A stretch of 64,000 bases of DNA from Planctomycetaceae bacterium (GTDB taxonomy: Bacteria > Planctomycetota > Planctomycetia > Planctomycetales > Planctomycetaceae): the NCBI GenBank assembly GCA_965660145.1, contig CBFHYX010000023.1, forward strand, positions 1-64,000, written 5' to 3'. The notes under the pieces are model-generated. The model saw nothing but the letters and a program-made list of their open reading frames with translations. It had not been told where the DNA came from and ran no database searches. Made by a program: the position numbers and the translations under genes. This document shows, in pieces, positions 1 to 9,461 of the stretch. Within the stretch, counting starts at the first letter, position 1; the number at the start of each line of letters is the position of its first letter.

Positions 1-127
1 GAAATCTTCGCACAAATTTCATCCACCAAAACAGCATCATCCTCCTTACACCCCTCTTTCAGGACACGCAATAGCTACCGTCTATCCTGAAGTTGGAGTT
101 CATTACTGGCTAACTCCAAGTCTTCGT

Positions 128-436
128 ATGACCGGCAGCGCCGCTTATCACTTCAGCTCGCGTGGTCGCGACAACGATTTTCTGATGCTGGGTGTCACGT
201 TCGCTCACATGGATCATCCCGATCAATCAGAAATCGATAACTACGATGAGATTGAACATCGGGAAAGATTGGGATTGAACGAACCAAACTATGTGGAGCT
301 GGAAGGACAATCCCGGACTCGACAAGAGAACTTCCAAGTCATGATGCAAAAGTATGGGGTAACAGATACTAATGGGAATTTGATTGAAGAAAGCGAAGAA
401 CCTCCCCGCGAAGCTCCTCCGTTCCCCAACTTTTAA
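128..436 (+). CDS. hypothetical protein. The reading frame is open back to position 2, so the gene may begin upstream of the window.
   Basis: ORF in frame 2 has no stop between position 2 and 436. It is followed by a perfect hairpin. No recognisable family. Confidence 0.35.
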   Translation: MTGSAAYHFSSRGRDNDFLMLGVTFAHMDHPDQSEIDNYDEIEHRERLGLNEPNYVELEGQSRTRQENFQVMMQKYGVTDTNGNLIEESEEPPREAPPFPNF

Positions 437-482
437 CTCCCGGTTAAAACCAACTCCGCCTAATTCGATTCCCCATAGCGCA

Positions 483-512
483 AAAAACACCCGGCGGGAA
501 AACCGCCGGGCG
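483..512. terminator. bidirectional intrinsic terminator between convergent genes
   Basis: aaaaaaca CCCGGCGG gaaaac CCGCCGGG: perfect 8-bp GC stem with 6-nt loop. The A-run on the plus side gives a T-run when read on the minus strand, downstream of the 540..1829 gene. Confidence 0.6.
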
Positions 513-539
513 TGAGGATTTTGGCAAGCAATCTACACA

Positions 540-1829
540 CTAGCTGAACTGCGTTTGACCGGGAATTGACACCGGACGCGTTGGGATATCGCCCCATTCA
601 TAACTTTCGGGGGACAGGTCAAGAGTCGAGTTCATACAGTCTTCCCAACTCAATTGCTTGCCAGTATAAGCCGACATACGACCTGCAATCGCCATCATGG
701 AACTCATCGACATGTAATGGCCGTTATTGATGGGCTTCCCATCGCGAATGCTGGCGAAGAATTCATCATGTTCGATCTGATACATGTTGCCGCTCGGGCC
801 TTTGTACTTCCAGACGATCTCCCCGTTCCAGTCGTAGATACGATGCTTGAAGACATCAACACGACCTTTGGTACAAAAGATGTGATCGGAAACGTCATTC
901 GTACTGCCGCTGAAGTGTCGGCAGCGAGCAAAAGCTTTCACACCACTCTCATACTCGTAAACGACATTAAAGTGATCGTAAATATTTCCGTACTTCGGGT
1001 CGGTTCGTTGGATACGACCGCCTGTCCCGGAAACAGATTTGGGAGTCTCATCCAACATGGCCCACGCCATTTTGTCGAGACTATGAACGTGCTGTTCGGT
1101 ATTAAAGTCCCCCGACAGCCAAGCGTAGTAGTACCAATTCCTCATTTGATACTCCATCTCGCTGCTACACTCTTCGCGTGTTGCACGAGGATCCCAGACT
1201 CCTCCTGAATTGTAGCTGCACTGCAAAGCGGTAATCTCGCCAGCGGTTCCTTCATGAATCTGCTCGAACGTCGCACGCATTCCGGGGTGGTATCTCCAAC
1301 ATAGCCCAGAGACAATCGAAAGTCCTTTTTCTTCAGCCAGCTTGCAGGTTTCGAGCACGGAACGAATCCCAGGCCCATCCACGCCAACAGGTTTTTCTAC
1401 GAAGACGTGTTTCCCGGCTTCGACCGCAGCCCTCAATTGCATGGGACGGAAATGTGGAGGCGTTGCTAACAGCACAACATCACAAGATTCGATGACTTTT
1501 TTGTATGCATCAAAACCGACGAACTTGTGATCAGCATCCACATTGACACGATCACCGACCGGCGTGGCTTTCATGTTGGCAAGCCCCGCTTCCAAGCGAT
1601 CTTCAAACGCATCCGCAACAGCGTGAAGTTCGGTATGTTGGTCGGCTGTGAGTGCCTGAACCGCCGCCCCGGACCCTCGTCCTCCGACACCGACAAGTCC
1701 AACCTTGAGTTTATCAGTCCCTTGGGCGTGAACGGCAGAATTGAGCTGCGTGGTCAGTCCGGCTGCCAATGCCGCCGTCGTACCAGTCTTCAAAAAGTCG
1801 CGTCTCGAGGAATTTATCTGATCGGACAT
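540..1829 (-). CDS. Gfo/Idh/MocA-family NAD(P)-dependent oxidoreductase with Tat signal peptide
   Basis: N-terminus MSDQINSSRRDFLKTGTTAALAAG (twin-arginine motif). The following LKVGLVGVGGRGSGAAVQAL is a Rossmann motif typical of Gfo/Idh/MocA. ATG at 1829 is preceded by GGAG; the longer ORF uses TTG at 1853. Confidence 0.9.
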   Translation of the reverse strand: MSDQINSSRRDFLKTGTTAALAAGLTTQLNSAVHAQGTDKLKVGLVGVGGRGSGAAVQALTADQHTELHAVADAFEDRLEAGLANMKATPVGDRVNVDADHKFVGFDAYKKVIESCDVVLLATPPHFRPMQLRAAVEAGKHVFVEKPVGVDGPGIRSVLETCKLAEEKGLSIVSGLCWRYHPGMRATFEQIHEGTAGEITALQCSYNSGGVWDPRATREECSSEMEYQMRNWYYYAWLSGDFNTEQHVHSLDKMAWAMLDETPKSVSGTGGRIQRTDPKYGNIYDHFNVVYEYESGVKAFARCRHFSGSTNDVSDHIFCTKGRVDVFKHRIYDWNGEIVWKYKGPSGNMYQIEHDEFFASIRDGKPINNGHYMSMSSMMAIAGRMSAYTGKQLSWEDCMNSTLDLSPESYEWGDIPTRPVSIPGQTQFS

Positions 1830-2024
1830 CGTTTTCTCCGGTAGTTTGATCAAAAAGGAATGAGTGCAGGTGGGAATTCCAATATATCATAGTCGATTTG
1901 CTAAGTCAGAGCGGGATTCCAGATTTGCGCATTTTCTAAAGATTTTGATAACCTCATTCAATTCCTCAATTGAGCCCCAAACTAGCAATGACTACGATAG
2001 AACACTTTCAGTTTGAGAATCACC

Positions 2025-2933
2025 ATGACACAAATGACCGCCTGGATTAACGGAGAATTTCTACCATTCTCAGCAGTCTCGCTTTCTCTGGCAGACTCCG
2101 GGATCGTTCATGGTGATGCCGTCACCGAGATGCTCAGAACCTTTGGGCACAAACCTTTTCGAATTTCGGACCATCTCGACCGCTTTCGTCACTCGTTGAA
2201 TGAATCGCTGCTGAAATGTGCTTACAGCGATGAGGATTTAGAATCGGTCATCAATGAGGTGATATCGCGGTCAACAGTCGAATCCGATGTCTCGCAAGAT
2301 CTCGGAATCATCCTGTTCGCGACCAGTGGCCCCAATGTGACTTACCTCGGTAAGGGTGGCGATCATCTCCCCACAGTCTGCGTCCACTCGTTCCCATTAC
2401 ACTTTTCATTATGGCGAAACTGTTTGGAGTTCGGACAGTCGCTGATTGTTTCAAAACAGCCTGCAATCCCTGCTGATTCCTTCGATCCGACCATTAAAAG
2501 TCGCAGTAGAATGCATTGGAGGATTGCCGATCGAGAAGTAAAACAAAGTCACCCATCTGCAACGGCAGTTTTTGCGGATTCTTCAGAGAATGTCACTGAG
2601 ACCAGCAGCGGAAATCTGTTTGCAGTGATCGGAGAAGAGGTCATCACGCCTCCAGACTCCACGGTTCTCAACGGCATCAGTCGACAGGTCGTCATCGAAT
2701 TGGCAGAACAACTTGGTTATCGAGTCAAGAAAGAACTGCTGTCAGTTCAACAAGCGTCCGAAGCGACTGAAATCTGGATCTCCTCAACACCTTATTGCTT
2801 GCTTCCGGTGACCTCATTCAACGATCAACCTGTTGGAGACGGACAACCAGGGCCTCTCTTTCACCAACTGCTACATGCGTGGAGTCAATCCGTGGGAATC
2901 GACATCCAAGAACAGATACTGAGTTCTCCATAG
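2025..2933 (+). CDS. class IV aminotransferase (BCAT / D-amino-acid aminotransferase / ADC lyase fold)
   Basis: WINGEF near N-terminus, putative catalytic lysine in DPTIKSRS, and E..SSGNLF and TPP..VLNGISRQ motifs. ATG at 2025; the ORF track starts at TTG 2013. Confidence 0.8.
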   Translation: MTQMTAWINGEFLPFSAVSLSLADSGIVHGDAVTEMLRTFGHKPFRISDHLDRFRHSLNESLLKCAYSDEDLESVINEVISRSTVESDVSQDLGIILFATSGPNVTYLGKGGDHLPTVCVHSFPLHFSLWRNCLEFGQSLIVSKQPAIPADSFDPTIKSRSRMHWRIADREVKQSHPSATAVFADSSENVTETSSGNLFAVIGEEVITPPDSTVLNGISRQVVIELAEQLGYRVKKELLSVQQASEATEIWISSTPYCLLPVTSFNDQPVGDGQPGPLFHQLLHAWSQSVGIDIQEQILSSP

Positions 2934-2954
2934 ATACCGAGATGCCGGGATTGA

Positions 2955-4013
2955 TCACTCGGGCGAAGAGACTTTCCAACGTGTCGTCAGCAAGTAGACC
3001 GCGAAACTGACCAGCCAATGTGAGCCGGCATATTCGTTGGCCTTAATCGCATTCAGCCCCGCATCCTGATGCTCCATCGCGAGCTGTGAGAGTTTGGTGG
3101 CGATGTCGGACCGTCCACAAGACGCGGCAATTGCCTTGAGCATCCATGCCCGAGAGAGATTCAGTCCTGACCAGTGCGATAACTTCCCATCTTCGGGATT
3201 CACACACGCGACCGGATCAAGCCAACTTGAGTCATTTCGGATTGCGGCAGTCGGTAGAAAGTCTTCCACCCAGGAATGATACACTTCGACATCAACCATG
3301 CGGCGTAACAAATCTGCTTCCGCCAGTCCGGGTGAGAGGAAATCGTAGGCAGAGGGTTCAAGTCGAAATGGCCAGGGAAGATCGGTCAGGTAGAACTTTC
3401 GAGCCTTATCTTCGATCAACTTCAAGACGGCAGCATCCCCATTGATCGTGGCCCAGTCATAGACCAGTCCCATCGCGAATGCGGATTGACTATGTTCCCC
3501 GCTTCGGATCGGGGCGGGGAGAGACTTCAACCAATCCATAAATCGCTGGGCGAGCAGCACTTCCAAAGGTTCTAACACTTCATGCCAGCTCTTCATCTGA
3601 GTGTTGTCCGCAGCTCCTTCTTTCAACTCCGCACACATCATCAAAAACCAGGCGACACCGTAAGGCATCTCGTATCGATCACGTGACACAAAATAATCAA
3701 TCTCACCGAGGATATTCTCTGACGTGAGTGACCTGTTTAACGCAACGGTGATGTCTGAATGAAGCGACGATTGTGGAAAGAGACGCAGAACACGGACCAA
3801 CACCCAATGATTGTGGACAGCCGAGTGCCAATCGAAACAACCGAAAAAGGCCGGATGCATCTCGCGTGGAGTTGCAAAATCACCCTCATCCCGCCAGAAA
3901 TGCTGAACGTGATTGGGATATTCGCGATGCAGACAGTCTAATGAAATACGGACGAGGGCTTCACACTGCGTTTGTAGCATCAGTTCTGTGGAATTGTCGG
4001 GCAGAATTGTCAT
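2955..4013 (-). CDS. conserved uncharacterised protein (resembles DUF2891 family)
   Basis: 352-aa ORF with FFGCFDWHSAVHNHW motif. Coding-like composition. Family name is from memory only. Confidence 0.55.
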   Translation of the reverse strand: MTILPDNSTELMLQTQCEALVRISLDCLHREYPNHVQHFWRDEGDFATPREMHPAFFGCFDWHSAVHNHWVLVRVLRLFPQSSLHSDITVALNRSLTSENILGEIDYFVSRDRYEMPYGVAWFLMMCAELKEGAADNTQMKSWHEVLEPLEVLLAQRFMDWLKSLPAPIRSGEHSQSAFAMGLVYDWATINGDAAVLKLIEDKARKFYLTDLPWPFRLEPSAYDFLSPGLAEADLLRRMVDVEVYHSWVEDFLPTAAIRNDSSWLDPVACVNPEDGKLSHWSGLNLSRAWMLKAIAASCGRSDIATKLSQLAMEHQDAGLNAIKANEYAGSHWLVSFAVYLLTTRWKVSSPE

Positions 4014-4104
4014 GGTGCAGTTTGCAAAATGGTTTTCAGTCTGGATAAGATATCAGGTCTCTCTCGTAATTTCCTTCCACAACTCACTACAGGAGAATCA
4101 TTCT

Positions 4105-4740
4105 GTGAAGCAACTCGGATTATTGGCACTCTGTGCTCTAACTTTACTCACAACGCAAGGCGTCTCTGCCGCCGACAAAGATGGCTGGATCACTTTATTC
4201 GATGGTTCATCACTCGACGGCTGGAAAGCCAGCGAAAATAAAGAGAGCTGGAGCCTGAAAGACGGCATTTTGACCTGCAATGGCGAACGCAGTCACCTGT
4301 TTTATGTTGGTAAACATGCACCGTTCAAAAACTTCGAGCTGAAAGTCGAAGTGAAGGCTGAAAAAAACAGCAACTCAGGAATCTATTTCCACACCAAGTA
4401 TCAGGAAGAAGGCTGGCCGACAAAAGGATTTGAAACACAGGTCAACAACACCTATGTCAAAGATCCCAAAAAAACCGGCAGCCTCTACGGTGTGGTCAAT
4501 GTCACCGAGCAGATCATTGAAGACGATGAATGGTGGACACAACATGTGATTGTCAAAGGGAATACTGTGACGATCAAAGTGAACGGTAAAACGACGGTCG
4601 AGTACACGCAACCGAGTGACTACGTGCCGCCAGACAAAAACTTCAAACGCAAATTAGACGAAGGAACCTTCGCACTACAAGCTCACGATCCTCACAGCAC
4701 GGTCCATTATCGTAGTATCAAAGTGAAGCCGTTGCCGTAA
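4105..4740 (+). CDS. secreted DUF1080 (3-keto-disaccharide hydrolase-like) domain protein
   Basis: GTG start 9 nt after AGGAG. Signal peptide VKQLGLLALCALTLLTTQGVSA-AD, then GWITLFDGSSLDGWK...SGIYFH, characteristic of DUF1080. The upstream ATG at 4012 would overlap the divergent gene's start, so it is not used. Confidence 0.8.
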   Translation: MKQLGLLALCALTLLTTQGVSAADKDGWITLFDGSSLDGWKASENKESWSLKDGILTCNGERSHLFYVGKHAPFKNFELKVEVKAEKNSNSGIYFHTKYQEEGWPTKGFETQVNNTYVKDPKKTGSLYGVVNVTEQIIEDDEWWTQHVIVKGNTVTIKVNGKTTVEYTQPSDYVPPDKNFKRKLDEGTFALQAHDPHSTVHYRSIKVKPLP

Positions 4741-4782
4741 TCTCAGGGAAGACACCCTCATTTGTTAGAGGGAACCGAGTCG

Positions 4783-4817
4783 CGAATTATGCCGTGGTGA
4801 TTCTCAGTGAATCATCA
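4783..4817 (+). terminator. intrinsic terminator after the DUF1080 gene
   Basis: ccgtggtgattc tcagt gaatcatcacgg followed by TTTTTT: 12-bp stem with one mismatch, then a T6 run. Confidence 0.6.
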
Positions 4818-5245
4818 CGGTTTTTTGATGCCCCGATCCCCGTACGATCCACAAATGAAAGAGAATGATCGCAACAGGATAATTTGCGAAAGAGACCGAG
4901 ACAAATCGCTACTTTTTCTGATTTCTCATCAGAACCCAGCCGAACAAGAAGACACCAATCAGTATGTATGAATACTTTCCTGGAGTCATGTTTTTGACAT
5001 GCAGCTCCAAGAAGTATGACAACTCCGAAAAGTAGTATGTGATTCCGTAATAGATTTTACTGAACATGGCGAAATCTGGCTGTTATTGCAAAAGAATCTA
5101 CAAGTGAGTTGGTCGCTCAATTAGTGGGTCTTCTCTGATAAGCCTAGCTCGTAAAACAGAAGAAATCCGCGATATTTTCCAGAGCCGTAAATTTGTTGGA
5201 AAAATCCCCTATCTGGTCATTTGGCAATGCTTTACGGCATTTGAG

Positions 5246-6379
5246 TCAATTGAATATCACTAAGTTGTCACGGTGCATGACTTCAGAATAGGGGACATCT
5301 CCCAAAATGGATGCGATCTCACCCGCTTTCAGCCCACAGATTTGCTTCACCTGATCGGCGGGATAATTGCATAACCCTCGACCGATCTCGCGTCCTGTCT
5401 GATTTTTAATGGCGACCAATTCGCCCGCGGTAAATGTTCCCTGAATTGATTGAATTCCGATTGCCAGCAGAGATTTTCCCCGTTCCCTTAACGCAGCGAC
5501 AGCTCCCTCATCGACGACCAGAGCGCCTTTGGGTGGTATCGTGAATCCGATCCAGCGTTTCCACGCAGGAAGTGTTCTTCCATCAGCAAGAAAGAGTGTT
5601 CCGATCTCTTCTCCATTCATCAAACCCGCCAAAACTCCCTGCTGGTGTCCATTGGCCAGAATCACGCTTTCGCCGACTTTCATTGCCATTTTGATCGCTT
5701 GAAGCTTTGACTGCATTCCTCCCGTGCCGCGAGATGTTCGCGTTGCGACAGAAAGTGACTCCAGGCTATCGTCCCATGATTCAATGAGAGGAATCACCTT
5801 GGAATTCGCTGCTTGAGGATCGCCGTCGAAAAGGCCGTCAACGCTCGTTAGGACGATCAGTAATGGGTTGTGCAAGAGATTGCAGACCATTGCCGCCAGA
5901 TGATCGTTGTCGCCAAATTTGATCTCATCCACACTGACCGTATCGTTTTCGTTGATGATCGGGATGACATCATATTCAAAGAGTGTATTGAGCGTATTTC
6001 GCACATTCAGGTAACGATGACGATGCTTGAAATCGTTACCCGTCAGGAGAATCTGAGCTGCGTGGTAGCCCCGATCCCGGAGTGCTTTATCGTACAGGTG
6101 AATCAGATGTGCTTGACCGGTTGCGGCGGAGGCTTGCAGGTGGGACAAATCTCGCGGACGTTCGGTGAGCGAAAGAAGTTCCATTCCTGCTGCGACAGCA
6201 CCACTGGAGACGAGAACCACTTTGCGACCGGATTTGCGAATGGCGCATAATTGTTCCGCCAGATGGACGATTCGATCGTAATCTAACGTGTCATCAGGGC
6301 GTGCGAGCGTATTTGTCCCGACTTTGACGACAATCGTCTCGGCAGTTTCGACCACTTCTCGGCGAACAAGGTTTTCCAT
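5246..6379 (-). CDS. proB: glutamate 5-kinase with C-terminal PUA domain
   Basis: VVKVGTNTL...[12 protein letters not shown] kinase motifs. C-terminal PUA-like region. 377 aa. Confidence 0.93.
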   Translation of the reverse strand: MENLVRREVVETAETIVVKVGTNTLARPDDTLDYDRIVHLAEQLCAIRKSGRKVVLVSSGAVAAGMELLSLTERPRDLSHLQASAATGQAHLIHLYDKALRDRGYHAAQILLTGNDFKHRHRYLNVRNTLNTLFEYDVIPIINENDTVSVDEIKFGDNDHLAAMVCNLLHNPLLIVLTSVDGLFDGDPQAANSKVIPLIESWDDSLESLSVATRTSRGTGGMQSKLQAIKMAMKVGESVILANGHQQGVLAGLMNGEEIGTLFLADGRTLPAWKRWIGFTIPPKGALVVDEGAVAALRERGKSLLAIGIQSIQGTFTAGELVAIKNQTGREIGRGLCNYPADQVKQICGLKAGEIASILGDVPYSEVMHRDNLVIFN

Positions 6380-6666
6380 GACAGATTTGCAAGGGAAAAT
6401 GAGTGTTTACGTCACAGAGAGCAACTCTGTATATGTAGATTATCTTAACGGAATGACAAGGAAGCGAAAGTGTCCTGTTGGGTATGAAGGATAATTTGAA
6501 GACGGACAGACAGAATCCTGCAGAGTTCGGTGACTTCTTGAACTCGGATCGACAAAAATTGAGATCATCCGGTTGGCTGAGGGGAATGAGGACTGTATGA
6601 TCGAAAAGTGAAGGGCGTGCGACCCGCCCTACCACCGGTTTCCTCGCAAACGGCGGAACTTCAGGG

Positions 6667-8280
6667 ATGTCTGAGCTTTACCACGAATGTGGCGTTGCGG
6701 CTGTTTATCATCTTCCCTCAGAGGATATCAGCCCTTTACTGCCTGAAGGCGACCCCAACAAAACCTCGAACTTGATGTCTCGATTGCTGTTGGACATTCA
6801 AAACCGGGGACAGCTTGCCGCGGGAATGACGACCTACAACCCGAATCGATCCCAATTGATCGATACTCATAAGGATGTCGGGACGGTCAATGAAGTCTTC
6901 CATCTTAACCACGAAGAACAATTTCGTAAGTTGATGGAGCAATACGAGGGGCCTGCCGCAATCGGCCACACCCGCTATGCGACCTGTGGAAAGGATGACC
7001 GTAGCTACGCTCAACCCTTCGAACGTCATCACATTGAGAAACCAAAGTGGTTCAGTTTTGCCTTCAACGGTCAACTTGCTAATTATCCTGAACTGCAAAA
7101 TGAGATTCTCCAGCAGACGAATCATCACCTCGCGCGGGAAACTGACACCGAAATTTTGATGCACATGCTGAGCCAGGAACTCTCTCGCTCCGAGGATCAC
7201 GATTTACTGGCGATTCTGAAGTCGCTCAGCAAACGACTCGATGGTGCCTACAACATCGTGTACCTCAACTCGTTAGGAGAAATGTTTATTGCCCGCGATC
7301 CTTCTGGCATTCGCCCATTGTGCTACGCGATCGATGGCCCTTTGTTTGCGGCAGCGAGTGAATCGGTGGCCCTCACCAATCTCGGCTTCCCGGCAGAAAG
7401 CATCAAGAATCTCGAAGCTGGATACGCGATTCTGATTCGCAACGGACAATTGGAAATCGAACAGTTTGCAGAAAGTGAGCGAAAGTCACATTGCTTCTTC
7501 GAATGGATTTACTTCGCCAACGTATGCAGTAATCTCGATGAACGAAGTGTTTATTTGACCCGCAAACGTCTGGGAGAAGAATTAGCCAATCAAGAAACCG
7601 TCCAAATCGATGAAGAAACAATTGTGGTCCCCGTTCCGGACACCGCCAAAGCGGCTGCCGACAGCATGGCCTATCAATTGAAAATCCCTTCTCTCGAAGG
7701 ACTCATTCGCAATCGATATATTGGGCGAACCTTCATCGAAGGCAGTAATAATCGTGCTGCCAAAGTGCGGGCGAAATACACGCCGCTACCGGAAGTTCTT
7801 GACGGAAAGAAAGTGTTGTTGGTCGAAGACACCATCGTTCGTTCGACCACGATGAAAGCTCTGATTTCGCAGCTTCGCGAACGAGGAAAAGCCAAAGAGA
7901 TTCATGTTCGAGTCGCCTGTCCGCCCATCATTTCCCCCTGTTTTTACGGCATTGACATGTCGACGATTCAAGAACTGTTTGCTCCCAAATTCATGACCGA
8001 TGGGTCACTCATTCTGACACCCGAAATCGAAGCTCATATGGCTCAGGCATTGGGTGCCGACTCGCTGCGTTACTTACCGATGGAATCGGTCGCTCGAAGC
8101 ATCGATTTACCCGCAGAGTCTTTGTGCCAGGCATGTATCAATCACGATTACCCCACACCCGCCGGCAAGGCACTCTTTCAGCAAGCTCTTGTGAATTTGT
8201 CAGATCCTGCCAGTTGGGGTAAAAGTGATTCGGATCGAACGTACGACCGTACTGTCGAAGTCAGTGGTACGCGAACCTGA
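6667..8280 (+). CDS. purF: amidophosphoribosyltransferase
   Basis: N-terminal propeptide MSELYHE followed by catalytic Cys (CGV; Ntn class-II glutamine amidotransferase). PRTase motif [18 protein letters not shown]. [4Fe-4S]-type Cys residues near the C-terminus. About 60-aa C-terminal extension. Confidence 0.93.
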   Translation: MSELYHECGVAAVYHLPSEDISPLLPEGDPNKTSNLMSRLLLDIQNRGQLAAGMTTYNPNRSQLIDTHKDVGTVNEVFHLNHEEQFRKLMEQYEGPAAIGHTRYATCGKDDRSYAQPFERHHIEKPKWFSFAFNGQLANYPELQNEILQQTNHHLARETDTEILMHMLSQELSRSEDHDLLAILKSLSKRLDGAYNIVYLNSLGEMFIARDPSGIRPLCYAIDGPLFAAASESVALTNLGFPAESIKNLEAGYAILIRNGQLEIEQFAESERKSHCFFEWIYFANVCSNLDERSVYLTRKRLGEELANQETVQIDEETIVVPVPDTAKAAADSMAYQLKIPSLEGLIRNRYIGRTFIEGSNNRAAKVRAKYTPLPEVLDGKKVLLVEDTIVRSTTMKALISQLRERGKAKEIHVRVACPPIISPCFYGIDMSTIQELFAPKFMTDGSLILTPEIEAHMAQALGADSLRYLPMESVARSIDLPAESLCQACINHDYPTPAGKALFQQALVNLSDPASWGKSDSDRTYDRTVEVSGTRT

Positions 8281-8303
8281 TCTATTGCCTCTTTGGGTGA
8301 TTC

Positions 8304-8702
8304 ATGGAGAAACCAAGCCACAAACTCGCGGTCCGGGTCCGTTATAGCGAAACAGATGCAATGGGTTACTTGCATCATTCGAATCACGCGGTCTATTTTG
8401 AAATCGGACGGACAGAATTGTTCCGCGCTCAAGGTGGTAACTACCGGCGAATGGAAGAACTCGGGCTCTTCTTTGTTGTCGTCCAGCTCAATATCAAGTT
8501 CCGCTTGCCGGCCCGTTACGATGATGAATTAACCCTCTTCACGACTCTCGATCAAACCGGTGCCGTCAAACTGGTTCATAGTTACCGGTTAATGCGTGAC
8601 GAAGACTTAATCGCTGAAGCAAACAGCACATTGGCCTGTGTCGATGTTAACGGCCAAGTACAGATGATTCCTGACGATTTACACGCACAGACAGGCGAGT
8701 GA
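8304..8702 (+). CDS. acyl-CoA thioesterase, YbgC/FadM-like (hotdog fold)
   Basis: RVRYSETDAMGYLHHSNHAVYFEIGRTE is the typical 4HBT/YbgC N-terminus. 132 aa. Confidence 0.85.
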   Translation: MEKPSHKLAVRVRYSETDAMGYLHHSNHAVYFEIGRTELFRAQGGNYRRMEELGLFFVVVQLNIKFRLPARYDDELTLFTTLDQTGAVKLVHSYRLMRDEDLIAEANSTLACVDVNGQVQMIPDDLHAQTGE

Positions 8703-8723
8703 ACCCGGAATATTTTTTCAGGA

Positions 8724-9449
8724 TTAGTGACCACCGGTCTTCAGATGAAAATCGATGACCAGCGGCAGATGGTCGGACGCATCTTTGGAAATCCTATTTT
8801 TAACGATTCGCGCTTCGTGAATCTCAATGCAGTGACAACAAAACGCTTTATCGAGAGATCCAATCGGTAAATAAGCGGGAAAAGAACGATAATTCGTTGA
8901 TGGTTCTGTTACTTCCTGAAAATGAGACGTTTCAAAAGGTTTGGTCTTGAGGGTTCCCCGCCAGTCGTTTGTGTCGCCAATGATCAGAGTCGGAGTGTCC
9001 TTCGCTTCCCGATACAATCGGTGGTTCAACAAATGCTCGACCTGCCATTGTCGTTCCGTTTCGGCCAGTCCGAGGTGATAGTTCACCAATCTTACGGCCC
9101 CTTCGGGTGAATCAATCACCGCAATTTGTGCCGAGCGAGCTTTGCGTTCCCCTTTCTGCAGAGAGACTTCATGCCGAGTGAGAAACGGCCAGCGAGATAA
9201 CATCAGATTGCCGTATCCACCCTCTTGCAGATGCACATTCATGCGATACATACGATGTGCGAAATTAAAATAATCAGAGATCAGCAGAGGTTGGTCGTCG
9301 TGATTGGATCGGCTGACGTTTCGGTCAACTTCCTGCAAGCAAATGATGTCGGGTTTTTCATGTTCAATCACATCAATGATTCGCTGCAGCTTGTAAAGCC
9401 GATCACGACCGCCGATCCCCTTGTGAATATTGTAACTGAGAACACGCAT
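8724..9449 (-). CDS. endonuclease/exonuclease/phosphatase (EEP) family protein
   Basis: MRVLSYNIHKG...DIICLQEV...SDHLPLVIDF: canonical EEP catalytic motifs. ATG at 9449; a TTG at 9455 is also possible. Confidence 0.85.
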   Translation of the reverse strand: MRVLSYNIHKGIGGRDRLYKLQRIIDVIEHEKPDIICLQEVDRNVSRSNHDDQPLLISDYFNFAHRMYRMNVHLQEGGYGNLMLSRWPFLTRHEVSLQKGERKARSAQIAVIDSPEGAVRLVNYHLGLAETERQWQVEHLLNHRLYREAKDTPTLIIGDTNDWRGTLKTKPFETSHFQEVTEPSTNYRSFPAYLPIGSLDKAFCCHCIEIHEARIVKNRISKDASDHLPLVIDFHLKTGGH

Positions 9450-9461
9450 GCGCAAATGTAT

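Noticed and set aside
654-1208. Antisense or shadow ORFs in the track (for example 654..1208, 11514..12110, 12114..12986, 23391..23930, 23902..24696, 53275..53995)
   Set aside because: They lie wholly inside well-supported genes on the opposite strand. They have no homology features and have the biased composition expected of reverse frames.
3913-4104. Longer start for the DUF1080 gene at ATG 4012
   Set aside because: It would overlap the divergent DUF2891 start codon and add a non-signal N-terminus. GTG 4105 with AGGAG at -9 and a clean signal peptide is preferred.
6600-6666. Possible ZTP/purine riboswitch or attenuator upstream of purF (hairpin agggcg-tgcgacc-cgccct)
   Set aside because: Does not match the ZTP (pfl) or purine riboswitch conserved cores, and no U-tract follows. 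Treated as an ordinary leader hairpin.
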